A DNA stretch of 64,000 bases from an uncultured Planctomycetota bacterium (GCA_963737655.1 CAVTTN010000002.1:4480001-4544000), one strand, 5' to 3'; positions 1 through 10,062 are shown, numbered from the stretch's first letter. Notes: generated by a model from the sequence alone, not told the origin. Program-made: numbers and translations.

Positions 1-509
1 ACGACCCCGATGAGCGAGGAGCTGGGCGGGGCGGTCTGCCGGCTCCTGGAATGCCTCCGCTGCCCCCTGGATAGCCGGATGCTCGGCCGGCAGATGGTCC
101 GCGAGATCGTCTATCGCGTCCTCCGGGGGGAGCGAGGGGCTCGCTCCGGGCGCTGGCCCGCCGGGACGATCACTTCACCCGGATCGCCCGAGTCCTGAAG
201 CACATCCACGCCGAGTACGCCAGGCCCCTGACCGTCGAGGAGCTGGCGAAAAAGGCCGGGATGAGCGTCTCGGCCTTCCACCACGAGTTCAAGCTCGTGA
301 CGGCCAGCTCGCCCCTCCAGTACCTCAAGAGGGTCCGGCTCGACCACGCCAAGAGGCTGATGGCCCACCTCGGCTACAACGCGGGGACCGCCGCGAGGGC
401 CGTCGGGTACGAGAGCCCGTCCCAGTTCAGCCGGGAATTCAAGCGACTCTTCGGCGCGACCCCGACCGAGGATGCCGAGCACACCCGGGCCCGCCTCGTC
501 GCCGGCTAG
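1..509 (+). CDS. AraC-family transcriptional regulator, 5'-truncated by window edge, apparent frameshift near 133-138
   Basis: ORF 10..198 (…REIVYRVLRGERG) continues in another frame as LRALARRDDHFTRIARVLKHIHAEYARPLTVEELAKKAGMSVSAFHHEFK…SPLQYLKRVRL…VGYESPSQFSREFKRLFG, a typical AraC double HTH. Confidence 0.85.
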
Positions 510-526
510 AACAGGAGTCTTCGAAG

Positions 527-599
527 TGGAGACGACGGGGATCGAACCCGCAACCTTCGGCTTGCAAAACCGACGCTCTCCCAATTGAGCTACGTCCCC
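527..599 (-). tRNA. tRNA-Ala (anticodon TGC), CCA not encoded
   Basis: Reverse complement GGGGACGTAGCTCAATTGGGAGAGCGTCGGTTTTGCAAGCCGAAGGTTGCGGGTTCGATCCCCGTCGTCTCCA folds as a cloverleaf with G3:U70, TGC anticodon and GTTCGA T-loop. Confidence 0.97.
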
Positions 600-620
600 T
601 CGTACAAGGCCAGACCGATT

Positions 621-1598
621 CTAATGGCCCGGGGTTCGCGACGCCATCGGAATCATCGGCAGATCGGCCACGATCGCTCGGCCCTGGCGTCCTTCGGATT
701 CCCAGTCCAGGACGGTTCCGGCCGTCGCCTGGGCGACCCGGACGATCGCCAGGCCGACCGCTTGACCGATTCTCGGGCCGATCGCCGAGGAGGAGACCGT
801 TCCACAGGGCTTCCCTTCCGCCGAAAGTAAAGAGGCCCCAACCGGGGCGCCGTCCCCCTCGAACCGGAGGCCCTTGAGGATCTTGTTGACGTGCCCCAGC
901 GCGTCGAGCCTCGCCACGGTCTCCTGACCGAGGTAGCAGCCCTTCACGAACGAGATGGCCCGGGAGTCCCGGCCGATCTCCTGGGGGAGGTTGTCGGGCG
1001 TGATGTCCCGGCCGAACTCGGGCGTGCCGGCCTCGATCCGAAGTCCGTCCCACCCCGAGGGTTCGAGCCAGGGCCCTCGGCCCGAGGCCCAGGCGCGGAC
1101 CGCCTCGACCCACGGGCCTTCCCGAGGGCCCACCAGAGTGATCCCCGCCATCCCGAGCGGCGATTCGGCGATCGCCCAGAGCCGCCCTTCGGCGACCTCT
1201 CGGGTCGTCGCGGACCGATCGCCCCCGGGTCGATCGACCCTCAAGGCGTCGCAAACCCCGGCCGAGGCCGGGCCCGCCAGATGGACCTCGGTCGTCCCGG
1301 CCGTCTGGTCGTCCCAGGCCACGTCGTCGAAAACACCATACTTGGCAAACAACGGCAGGACGGCCTCCAGGCCGCCCGGATCGGTCCGGAACAGGAGGGC
1401 GTCTCCGCCGTTGGCCACGGTGCCGAAGCCCTGGGCCTTGCCCTGAAGGTTCGTCACGAAGGTTTCGCACGCCTGGCCTTCGGGCAAGCGTTTGATCTCG
1501 TTGGTCGTGAGGTTGTGGAGGAACTTCGCCCGGTCCGGGCCGGTCAGGAACAGGCGGGGGGATCCGGATCGGTCGGCCAGGAAGGTCCGCTCGGGCAT
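621..1598 (-). CDS. ygfZ: YgfZ/GcvT-family folate-binding protein
   Basis: Start MPERTFLADRS…; TGPDRAKFLHNLTTNEI, LRIEAGTP and the signature KGCYLGQETVAR. Confidence 0.9.
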   Translation of the reverse strand: MPERTFLADRSGSPRLFLTGPDRAKFLHNLTTNEIKRLPEGQACETFVTNLQGKAQGFGTVANGGDALLFRTDPGGLEAVLPLFAKYGVFDDVAWDDQTAGTTEVHLAGPASAGVCDALRVDRPGGDRSATTREVAEGRLWAIAESPLGMAGITLVGPREGPWVEAVRAWASGRGPWLEPSGWDGLRIEAGTPEFGRDITPDNLPQEIGRDSRAISFVKGCYLGQETVARLDALGHVNKILKGLRFEGDGAPVGASLLSAEGKPCGTVSSSAIGPRIGQAVGLAIVRVAQATAGTVLDWESEGRQGRAIVADLPMIPMASRTPGH

Positions 1599-2782
1599 CA
1601 GTCCTCCTCGGCCACGGAGGCCCGGGTGATCTCGGCTCGGCTGGCGAGGGTCCAGGAGGGGCTTTGCGAGGCCAGGCGGACGGCCTCCTCGGCTCGGGCC
1701 AGGGGGACCATCCCGAGGTCCTCGACCACGTCCTCGGGCAGGCCGCTGAACAGGTAGACGTCGGCCCAGGCCAGGGCCCGGGCGATCCGGGAGGCGGCGG
1801 GGAAGTCGGCCGAGCCTTCGGCGCCCTTCAGGGCTGTTGGAGCCGATCTCGGGTCGTCCAGGCCGACGAGACGGCCCATCGCGGGGCCTTCGAGCGTCTC
1901 CAGGGGACACAGCACGGCGATCTTGCCCCCTCGGCGGACCAGGGCGGAGGCCGTCGCCAGGGCCGCGGCAAGGTCGTCCGAAGTCGCTTTCTGTTCGGAA
2001 TTTCCGACGCCCACGACCACCAGGTCGGCTTGCCTCGGGACGTGGAACGTCCAGGATTCGGCGAACCGCTTCATCCCCTCGGCGCGGACCTCCGGTTCCA
2101 GCCCGGCGACGACGCCGGCCACGCCGGTCCGCCCGGCGATCGCCCCGATTTGGAACTGGCTGCCCAGGAGCCAGCAAACCTCGGTCGCCTCGCGGCCCAG
2201 GGGGGTCGGCCCGGCGCCCACTTCCGCCAGGGACGACCGCGAGTCCTTGAGGGTCGGGGCGTCGGCCAGTCCCGGAAAGACCGCCGCCCACGGGCCGGTC
2301 TCTCCCAGCGAGGGGTCGTCTCCGAGCCGCCCGACGGCCACGAGCAGATCGGCGTCCACGGCGCGACGATCGAGATAAATCCGTCGCCCGGCTTGCGTCG
2401 CGGCGAGATAGGCGAGGTTTTCCCGGTCGTCGGGATCGTGGACCGCCTGGCGGGCCCCGGCCGGGATCGCCGAATCGGCCAGGGGGGACGCGACGAGGAC
2501 CTGGACCGACTCCGCCCCGGCGCCGGTCAGCACCTCGACGATCGCCCGGAGGATCTCGGCGGCCTCGGGCACGTCGGGGCCGACGGCGATGGCCACGCGG
2601 TCTCCGGGGACCACGGCGAGCCTCAGGGCGGGGAAGCCGATCGGCGTTTCCAGGCTGTCGAGCACCTGGCGGCGGACCTCGTCGCCGACCCGGCCGATCG
2701 GCCCGTGCCATTCGGCCACGAGCCGGGCCGGGTCGTCGGGGAAGGCCAATCGTTCTCGACCGAATTCGACCGTCGGCGGCAT
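1598..2782 (-). CDS. Lactate racemase (LarA/DUF2088)-like domain protein, degenerate
   Basis: LETPIGFPAL…VVPGDRVAIAV, VHDPDDRENLAYLAATQAGRRIYLDRRAVDADLLV and ADLVVVG resemble the LarA N- and C-domains; its stop overlaps the ygfZ start. Confidence 0.7.
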   Translation of the reverse strand: MPPTVEFGRERLAFPDDPARLVAEWHGPIGRVGDEVRRQVLDSLETPIGFPALRLAVVPGDRVAIAVGPDVPEAAEILRAIVEVLTGAGAESVQVLVASPLADSAIPAGARQAVHDPDDRENLAYLAATQAGRRIYLDRRAVDADLLVAVGRLGDDPSLGETGPWAAVFPGLADAPTLKDSRSSLAEVGAGPTPLGREATEVCWLLGSQFQIGAIAGRTGVAGVVAGLEPEVRAEGMKRFAESWTFHVPRQADLVVVGVGNSEQKATSDDLAAALATASALVRRGGKIAVLCPLETLEGPAMGRLVGLDDPRSAPTALKGAEGSADFPAASRIARALAWADVYLFSGLPEDVVEDLGMVPLARAEEAVRLASQSPSWTLASRAEITRASVAEED

Positions 2783-3052
2783 CTCTCGACCCTGGTTGAA
2801 CTTTCGGCGGATGGGGGACGGGCGCGCCGGGGATCGCCCCTGGCGACGAGCCGACGCCTCCGTCATGATAGGAGGGCCGACCCGACCCGGGCAAGCGCGG
2901 CGGCGATCCCCCCGGCTCTCGGCCGTTTTTTCGGGCGATCGCGCCCGGATCGCGATAGGATGGGGGCAGGCGCGGGGGCCGTCGGACGCCTCCCGCTTCA
3001 TTTCGGGAACTCCTGGAGGGCGCTCGGCGTCCAAGAGGCCGTGATCACCCGG

Positions 3053-3646
3053 ATGGAAGACGACCTCGGCCTCGTCTCGGCATGCCGGGCGGGCGAGCTG
3101 GAAGCCTTCGGAGCCCTGGTCCATCGGTACCAGGACCGGCTCTATCCGACGTTGTTCCGCCTGACCGGCTGCGCGGAGGACGCCCGGGACCTCCTCCAGG
3201 ACACGTTCCTCCGGGCCTTCGAGAAGCTCGATCGCTTCCACGGAGACAGCTCGTTTTATACCTGGATCTACCGGATCGCGGTGAACCTGACGCTCAGCGA
3301 CCGGAGGAGGCGGAAGGCGAGCCACCGCCGGTGCGCCCCCCTGGACGTCCCGGGCGGGGAGCCGGCCGACGACTCGCCCAATTCCGACCCGAGCCGGCCG
3401 ATCGAGCAGGCCGAGCGGGACGTCTTGATCCAGAAAGCGCTAGATACCCTCCAGGGCGACCATCGGGCGGTCGTGGTCCTGAAGGACCTGGAGGGGATGT
3501 CTTACGAGGAGATCGCCGAGGTCCTGCACATCCCGGTCGGCACGGTCCGCAGCCGTCTCCACCGGGCCCGGAACGAGCTCCGCGAGCGGCTTCGGGGCGT
3601 CCTGGCCGACGAATCGCGGCCGGTCGGCTCCCTCGACCATCATTGA
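3053..3646 (+). CDS. ECF RNA polymerase sigma-70 factor
   Basis: AFGALVHRYQDRLY, DLLQDTFLRAF, SSFYTWIYRIAVN, MSYEEIAEVLHIPVGTVRSRLHRAR (regions 2 and 4); alternative GTG start at 3041. Confidence 0.95.
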   Translation: MEDDLGLVSACRAGELEAFGALVHRYQDRLYPTLFRLTGCAEDARDLLQDTFLRAFEKLDRFHGDSSFYTWIYRIAVNLTLSDRRRRKASHRRCAPLDVPGGEPADDSPNSDPSRPIEQAERDVLIQKALDTLQGDHRAVVVLKDLEGMSYEEIAEVLHIPVGTVRSRLHRARNELRERLRGVLADESRPVGSLDHH

Positions 3647-3740
3647 CCCAGGATTTTGCGGATACCTCTCTCGCTCGGAGGGATCGAGCGGGCCGACCGA
3701 TCGGATCGGATGGCGAACCGAAGGCCCTCGAGCCGCCGAA

Positions 3741-4745
3741 ATGACCATGAATCCTCACGAAGACCCGCTGCTGACCGATGCCCTCGAAGGCGACCTCTCG
3801 CCGATCGCTCGCCTCCGCCTGGATCAGGCCCTGGCGACCGACCCGGAGCTCGCCGCCCATCTGGCGGACCTGGCCCGGGTCCGCGACCTGGTGGCCGCCC
3901 TGCCCCGCCCGACGGCGCCCGAGGAGACCGCCTCGATCGTCCTCGCCCGGCTGTCGATCGCGGCGAGGCGGCGATCGCTCCGGAGGTCGAGCCTGGCCGT
4001 GCTCTCGGCGGCGGCCGGGCTGGCGGCGTCGGCGTTGCTGGCCGTCTCCCTCGGCCTCCTGAACTCGCCGAAGCCGCCTCGGGCCGAGCCTCCGCCGCGA
4101 GAGGTCGTGGCCGTCCGCCGTCCGCCGGCACCCCCGGCCCCCAGGCCGTCGCTGGCCCTGGCCCCGAGCCGCCCCGTCTTGGTCCTGCCGAGCGTGGACG
4201 AGGCGGTGAAGCGCGAGGTCGTGGCGGCCGAGGAGAAGCAAGCGGCCGACGCCCGGGGGCTCCGCGACCTCCTGGCCTCTCACGAGGCCCGGCGGATCGA
4301 CGTCGCCGAGAATACCCCCCTGCCCGAGATCCTCCGCCGGGTCGAGGCCGTGATCGAGAACTCCAACCGGACCCATCCCGAACACGCCCGCGTCCGGATC
4401 GCTCGAACGCGAGGAAGCCGTCGCGGGCCGAGGGCGTCGGTGGTCTACGCCCTCTTGATGGACGACGTCGAGCACGAGCACTTCCTCAAGACGCTCGAAG
4501 AGGAATTCCCCGACGGGATCGACGACTCGGCCGGGGCGCCGACCCCCGCGTTCCTGGCCCGCGTCCGCGAAGCCGCGGGGATCGAGATGCTCTCGGGCCT
4601 GGCCCGATCGAGCCTCCTGAAGGAGCCGCCCGACGGCCTGCCGGCGCCCGACGCGGCGATCCGCCACGCCGCGCCCGCCCCGGGCGTCGAGCGTGTGGCG
4701 ATCGCCGGCCCCGGGGGCTCCGGCCCTCGGACCGATCGGGCCTGA
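3741..4745 (+). CDS. Probable anti-sigma factor (single transmembrane)
   Basis: Directly downstream of the ECF gene; N-terminal LLTDALEGDLS…LDQALATDPEL anti-sigma-like helix, then a TM segment and Pro-rich linker. Confidence 0.65.
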   Translation: MTMNPHEDPLLTDALEGDLSPIARLRLDQALATDPELAAHLADLARVRDLVAALPRPTAPEETASIVLARLSIAARRRSLRRSSLAVLSAAAGLAASALLAVSLGLLNSPKPPRAEPPPREVVAVRRPPAPPAPRPSLALAPSRPVLVLPSVDEAVKREVVAAEEKQAADARGLRDLLASHEARRIDVAENTPLPEILRRVEAVIENSNRTHPEHARVRIARTRGSRRGPRASVVYALLMDDVEHEHFLKTLEEEFPDGIDDSAGAPTPAFLARVREAAGIEMLSGLARSSLLKEPPDGLPAPDAAIRHAAPAPGVERVAIAGPGGSGPRTDRA

Positions 4746-4911
4746 CCGGCCAGCCGCGGACCCCGCCCCGGGCCGAGGGTTCCCCCGGCTTCGTCGGCCC
4801 TCCGCGATCGGCGCTCGCCGCCGGCACCGGCCGGGCCGAAACCCAGGTCGTCTACCTGATTTGCGTCTCGTCGCGGTCGCCGGCCGGTCGATGAATCGAG
4901 GGGAGCATTCG

Positions 4912-5730
4912 ATGAACCTCGAGCCCATGTCTCCCGCAACCGATCCGCCGGCCTCGGGCCCTCGCGGGGGTCGGCTGATCGCCGCCCTGGTGGCCTCGGG
5001 CCTGGTGGCGGTGGGCGGCCTGATGCTGATCCAGGCCGTCGGCGCGGCCCGGGACGCTGCCCGCCGCTCCCAGGTCACGTGAAACCTGAAGCAGATGACG
5101 CTGGCCGTCCACAACTATCATTCGGCGAATGATTGCTTGCCGGCCGCCTATCTGCCCGACCGGTTCGGTCGGCCGAACGACTCCTGGAGGATGGCGATCC
5201 TTCCTTTTTTGGAGGGGACGACTCTTTACAACAACGTCAACTTCAACGTCTCCTGGGACGCCTCGGAGAACGGGACGGTCCGCTCGACCCGGGTATCGAC
5301 ATTCCTCCGCCCCGAGGACCCGAAGGACGGCCCTCCGATCGCGAAGTTCCTCGCGGTGGTCGGCCCGACGACGGCGTTCCCCGGCCCGGTGAACCTGAGG
5401 TTCGACGACCTCCGCGACGGGATGGCCCACACCCTGATGTTCGGCGAGGTGGCCGAGTCGGACATCGGCTGGGCCGAACCCCGCGACCTGGCGTTCTCCC
5501 GGATGCATTTCCAGATCAATCGCCGACCCCGGAAGCTCGGCTTCGGCAGCCCGTATGGAGGGGCGAGGCTGGCGATGATGGACGGCTCGGTGGTCTCGTT
5601 CACCGAGGCGGCGTCGCCGGCCCTGATTCGGGCCCTGGTCACGGCCACCGGCGGCGAGACCATCGCGGCAGGAGGCGTGCCCGAGCACTCGGGGCCGAAC
5701 TGGAGGGTCGTCGAGGACGGCCCGCCCTGA
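4912..5730 (+). CDS. DUF1559 domain protein interrupted by in-frame TGA at 5080-5082 (pseudogene, base error or recoding)
   Basis: GAGGGGA RBS before ATG 4912; TM, then AARDAARRSQVT*NLKQMTLAVHNYHS, SWRMAILPFLEGTTLYN, DGMAHTLMFGE and AMMDGSV; ORFs 4693..5082 and 5095..5730 share a frame. Confidence 0.8.
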
Positions 5731-5750
5731 GTCGGGGCCTTTCCCGCATC

Positions 5751-6161
5751 CTACGAGACGTCCTCCATCGCCCGGCTGAGGGCCAGGCGGAGGGAATCGG
5801 CCGAGTAGGGCTTGGGCAAGAAGTGGCGGACTCCGGCGACGGCGAGGCGTTGCCTCATCTCCTCGGTCAAGGCGGCCGAGCAGGCGACGATGGGCAGAGT
5901 CGGGCGGTCTCGGACGACCCTCCGGGCGACCTCCACGCCGTCGAGGATCGGCAACATGATGTCCAGGAGGATCACGCTGACCGAGCCGTCGTCGGCCTGG
6001 ACGCGGTCCAGGGCGGCCTCGCCGTCGGGCGCCTCGACGATGGCGAAACCCCAGGTCTTGAGGATGCGGACGACCACCCGGCGGAGCAGGAGGTCATCCT
6101 CGACCACCAGGACGCATCCGGGCTCCCCGTCGTCCTCGCCATCGGGAGTCGCTCGCGTCAT
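5751..6161 (-). CDS. Single-domain response regulator (CheY-like receiver)
   Basis: VLVVEDD, ILLDIMLPILDG, IVACSA, FLPKPY. Confidence 0.9.
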   Translation of the reverse strand: MTRATPDGEDDGEPGCVLVVEDDLLLRRVVVRILKTWGFAIVEAPDGEAALDRVQADDGSVSVILLDIMLPILDGVEVARRVVRDRPTLPIVACSAALTEEMRQRLAVAGVRHFLPKPYSADSLRLALSRAMEDVS

Positions 6162-6319
6162 GGTGCCGATCCCAGGTCGTTCCCGGATGCCTACGGCCAT
6201 CCTCGCGCCTCCCGTCGTCGGACCGGCCGCTCTCAGGCGGACGGATTCAGGGACTATCATGACGGCGAGCATGACGAGCCGCAAGCCTTTCTGGTCGCCA
6301 TCGTGCGGCTTCGTTGCGT

Positions 6320-7837
6320 TCAGGCCGCGATCACCCGGACGCGGAACCCCAGGCCGGCCCCCAGGGCCGCCATCTCGCCGAGGATGTCGCCGTAGCTCAC
6401 GGCGATGTGATTGCTCATGTAATGGGCCATGATCGTCTCGGGGGCGCATCCCAGGTCGGCCGCCATGAACGGCCACTGACGGGTCGTCCCCCGCCACCAT
6501 GCCTCTCGGACCGTCTCGGGAAGCTCGACCGACTCCCCCCGCCCCAGGTCGAGCACCAAATCGCCCGATCGGTCGATCCAGGCCCGGCTCCAGGTGATCG
6601 GGCCGGGGAGGCTGACCCCGGCGAACGTCCCCCCGGGGATCGGGAAGTATCCGGAGGGTTGCCGGTAGCTGTGGACCCCCGAAAGGCTCGACGGGTCGTG
6701 ATTGAAGGCGAAGGCCGAGCAGCTCCCGGAGTTCAAGAGGACCCAGAGCCACCGGCCCTCGTGCCGGCTCCCCCAGCGGACGTCGTGGAACATCACGGCG
6801 TCGGGCAGCCCCCTGGCCTTCAGGACTCGCTTCATGAGCTCCATCGGCACGAGGTTCCCCTGGTCGGCCTCGGTCGCCGTGATCAGGGGGCGGCCGTCCC
6901 CCTCGGGCCGGGCGTGCGAGTTCAGCAAGCCCTCTGAAAAATCGCTCGGCGGGAGGATTTTCAGGAGGCCGAGCTGATACTGCCAGCCCAGGCAGTCGGC
7001 GCCGAACTCCTCGACCAGGTCCAGGACCGCGAGATAGGACCGGAGCTGGTCCCTCGTGGCGTCCTCCGTGAAGTCCTCGGCGTCGGGTTCGGACCAGTGG
7101 AACTGGACCCCGCGATCCTTCACGAACCGGAACGCGTCCTCGATCCGGTCCGGGTCGATCGTCCGGGCGCGGTCGATCAGCCAGGCCTGATCGACCTTGT
7201 GCTCGCTGAAACCGATTTTGGCCAGCAGCCTCGGCCCGAAATAGCCGTTGATCATGCCCATCGACGTATCGCCGAGCATCAAGGCGAGGATTCGCCTCTT
7301 GCGGATGTCCGCGAGGACGCCATCGGCCGTGGCGATGGCCTCGGCCGAGATCGGCCCGGCGCCTCGGATCTCCTTTTCGGAATAGGAGATCCGCCCGGTC
7401 GAGCACCACTCGTCCAGGCGTTCCATCAACGCCGGGTCGGCCGTCCAGTCGTCGGCGTCGGACCAGATCCGCGAGGAGGGCCGACCGACGCTCTCCAGGG
7501 ACGCCGCCGTATTCAGCAAGGCGACCAGGCCGGGCCACGTCCCCGAGAAGTTCGAGGCCAGGAGGAGGGGGCTCTCCTTGCCCACGGTCCCCTCGACCGT
7601 GTGAGGGGCATAGGCCCAGTGGACGAACAGCCCGACGATCGGGTCGTCGACGGGCCCGAGCTTGTCGATGGATTCCCTCGGGCTCGTCACGTAATGGCCG
7701 ACGGTATATGGCTTTCGGCCGAGCTTCTCCAGGGCGGCGAAGAGGTTCGCGAGGGCCTCCCGCGATTGGGGCCGGGCCCACTCATTGGGGGTCGAGCGAT
7801 AATCCCCCGGGACGAAGACGGCGACCTTGCGCGACAT
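6320..7837 (-). CDS. L-fucose/L-arabinose isomerase-like protein
   Basis: MSRKVAVFVPGD…; NFSGTWPGLVALLN, GWQYQLGL, TEADQG, NSGS, GPITWSR, SNHIAVSYG. Confidence 0.7.
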   Translation of the reverse strand: MSRKVAVFVPGDYRSTPNEWARPQSREALANLFAALEKLGRKPYTVGHYVTSPRESIDKLGPVDDPIVGLFVHWAYAPHTVEGTVGKESPLLLASNFSGTWPGLVALLNTAASLESVGRPSSRIWSDADDWTADPALMERLDEWCSTGRISYSEKEIRGAGPISAEAIATADGVLADIRKRRILALMLGDTSMGMINGYFGPRLLAKIGFSEHKVDQAWLIDRARTIDPDRIEDAFRFVKDRGVQFHWSEPDAEDFTEDATRDQLRSYLAVLDLVEEFGADCLGWQYQLGLLKILPPSDFSEGLLNSHARPEGDGRPLITATEADQGNLVPMELMKRVLKARGLPDAVMFHDVRWGSRHEGRWLWVLLNSGSCSAFAFNHDPSSLSGVHSYRQPSGYFPIPGGTFAGVSLPGPITWSRAWIDRSGDLVLDLGRGESVELPETVREAWWRGTTRQWPFMAADLGCAPETIMAHYMSNHIAVSYGDILGEMAALGAGLGFRVRVIAA

Positions 7838-7969
7838 GTGCGGACCCCGCGATTCGAGCCGAAGACCGGGCGCCCCGGCCTCGGTGAACGATGGCGGGAG
7901 CCTCCGGGGCAGTGTATAGTGCCGGCCCGGTCCAATCCATCCATCACCGACCTTTCCCGGTGGGCAGCC

Positions 7970-9409
7970 ATGTACGACCTCGTGGTTCTGGGCGGCGGCG
8001 CGGGGGGCCTGAACGTGGCCTCCGCCGCCGCGAGGGTGGGCGCGAAGGTCGCCCTGATCGAAAAGGGGAAGCTGGGGGGCGAATGCACCCACACCGCCTG
8101 CGTCCCGAGCAAGACCTTGCTCAAAGCGGCCCGGATCGCCCACGATGCCCGGCGAGCCTTTACGTTCGGGGTGAGCGTCAAGGACGTCCACATCGACTTC
8201 CAGGCCGTCATGAACCGCGTAAGGGCCGCCGTCGCGAGCTTCTACGCCGCGGATACCCAGGAGAGGCTCCAGTCCAAGGGGATCGACGTCCTGTTCGGCT
8301 CCCCGGCGTTCGAGGCGTATGACACGGTCGTGGTCGATGGCCGGGAGCGGGTCTCGGGCTCGAAATTCGTGATCGCCACCGGCTCCCGGCCCGAGATTCC
8401 GGAGGTCCCGGGGCTGATCGGATCGGGGTTCCTGGATAACACGACCGTCTGGGACCTGGACGAGCTCCCCGAATCGCTCCTGATCCTGGGTGCCGGGCCG
8501 GTCGGGCTGGAGTTCGGCCAGGCGTTCGCCCGGCTGGGGTCCAAGGTCACGATCCTCGACCATTCGCCGACGGTCCTGGGCCGCGAGGAGCCCGAGGCGG
8601 CCCAATGCCTCCGCGGCTCGCTCGCCGACGAGGGGATCGCGTTCCTCGTCGGGGTCGAGCCGACGGGCGTCGATCGCCAGGGCGGCCGGTTCGTCGTCAA
8701 GTACCGTGCGAAGGATGGCTCGTCGCCCGAAGTCTCGGCCTCTCATCTGCTTGTGGCCACCGGTCGGAGGGCGAACGTGGAGGGACTCAACCTCCCTGCG
8801 GCGGGCCTCCACGGCGACCCTCTCCGCGGAATCCCGGTGGATGAGTACCTCCAGACCGGGACCCGGAACATCTATGCCATCGGCGACGTCAACGGGCTCG
8901 ACCCCTGGACCCACGCGGCCGAGCGGCAGGCGTCGGTGGTGTTCCAGAACGCGGTCCTGAAGCTCTCGAAGAAGTACGACCGCTCGGCCGTCCCCCGGAC
9001 GATCTTCACTGACCCCGAGTTCGCCGCCGTGGGGCTGACCGAGGCCCAGGCCCTCCGCCTCGACCCGGAGGCCAGATCGTTCTCGCTCGACGTGGCCGAC
9101 GTCGATCGGATCCGGATCGACGGCGACCCGGGCGGGCTGGCGAAAGTGGTGGTCTCGCCGTCGGGCAAGGTCCTGGGCGCCTCGATCGTCGGGCCCGAGG
9201 CGAGCCTGGTCCTCCAGCAATTCACCCTGGCCATCGACCACGGGATCTCCCTGGGAGATCTCGCCCAGGTGATCCAGCCCTATCCGACCGCCGCCGGCCT
9301 CGTCCGCTCCCTGGCCAACAAGTTCCAGGCCACCCGGTTGGAGAAAGGGTTCGTCAAGACGGCCCTGAAGTGGTTCTACGGCTTCGAGCCGGCCGGGGCC
9401 CGGGGCTAG
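7970..9409 (+). CDS. Pyridine nucleotide-disulfide oxidoreductase (dihydrolipoamide dehydrogenase/mercuric reductase-like)
   Basis: GGGAGG FAD motif, GGECTHTACVPSKTL redox disulfide, GAGPVGLE, IYAIGDV, PYPT. Confidence 0.9.
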   Translation: MYDLVVLGGGAGGLNVASAAARVGAKVALIEKGKLGGECTHTACVPSKTLLKAARIAHDARRAFTFGVSVKDVHIDFQAVMNRVRAAVASFYAADTQERLQSKGIDVLFGSPAFEAYDTVVVDGRERVSGSKFVIATGSRPEIPEVPGLIGSGFLDNTTVWDLDELPESLLILGAGPVGLEFGQAFARLGSKVTILDHSPTVLGREEPEAAQCLRGSLADEGIAFLVGVEPTGVDRQGGRFVVKYRAKDGSSPEVSASHLLVATGRRANVEGLNLPAAGLHGDPLRGIPVDEYLQTGTRNIYAIGDVNGLDPWTHAAERQASVVFQNAVLKLSKKYDRSAVPRTIFTDPEFAAVGLTEAQALRLDPEARSFSLDVADVDRIRIDGDPGGLAKVVVSPSGKVLGASIVGPEASLVLQQFTLAIDHGISLGDLAQVIQPYPTAAGLVRSLANKFQATRLEKGFVKTALKWFYGFEPAGARG

Positions 9410-9426
9410 GGCGGGTTTCGAGGGTC

Positions 9427-9511
9427 GGGTGGCATGCTTACGTCTTCGTAAGCATGTCTTCCGTGCGAGCCTGACCGAAGACATGCTTACGAAGACGTAA
9501 GCATGCCACCC
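9427..9511. repeat. REP-like palindromic doublet, family A (GGGTGGCATGCTTACGTCTTCGTAAGCATG…inverted copy)
   Basis: Two ~35-nt inverted halves, each an internal hairpin, between convergent genes; related halves at 17817-17850 and 18541-18575. Confidence 0.9.
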
Positions 9512-9519
9512 AACAGGGT

Positions 9520-9921
9520 TTACCGGGGTCGCGCCTTCCGCTCGACCCGCTTGCGGAACCGATCGACGTCGATGACCCTCCGGCGGTGGATGCCCCGGGC
9601 GACGACCTCCGTGCCGTCGTGGGCCTCGACCTGGAACGTCACCACGGGGCCGTCGGAGTGGATCACCCGGGCCTTGCAGACGACGGTGAACCCCTCGGGG
9701 ACCGGCGCCTTGTGCTCGACCTCGACGAACGTGCCGACGCTCCTCTCGTGAGGCTCCAGGCACGGCGCCAGGGCGGCCCTCGCGGCGTATTCCAGGTGGG
9801 CGACGAGCCACGGAGTCGAAAGGACGGCCGGCATCCGGTCGTCGGCGAAGACGATCGTGTTGCCGGGCCCGACGACGATGCGTTCCTCGGCCGTCATCCC
9901 GAGCTTCGGGGGGGTCTTCAC
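9520..9921 (-). CDS. Thioesterase (FlK/hotdog-fold) family protein
   Basis: VLSTPWLVAHLEYAA, SVGTFVEVEHKAPVP, GIHRRRVID. Confidence 0.85.
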   Translation of the reverse strand: MKTPPKLGMTAEERIVVGPGNTIVFADDRMPAVLSTPWLVAHLEYAARAALAPCLEPHERSVGTFVEVEHKAPVPEGFTVVCKARVIHSDGPVVTFQVEAHDGTEVVARGIHRRRVIDVDRFRKRVERKARPR

Positions 9922-10062
9922 GAGAACGGCTCCAGGTCGGGAGAGAACCGCCGGGGAGTCCTTGACCCGGCCGGTCGGGAAACCGATAATGATTCTTGTT
10001 TCGGCCCCGGAAGCGGGTCAACCGTCGCGAAAAGCGGCCTCACCCTCGGCGGACGCGAACTC

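Noticed and set aside
7970..9409. Mercury resistance (merA)
   Set aside because: No C-terminal Cys-Cys pair, no N-terminal HMA domain and no mer operon neighbours.
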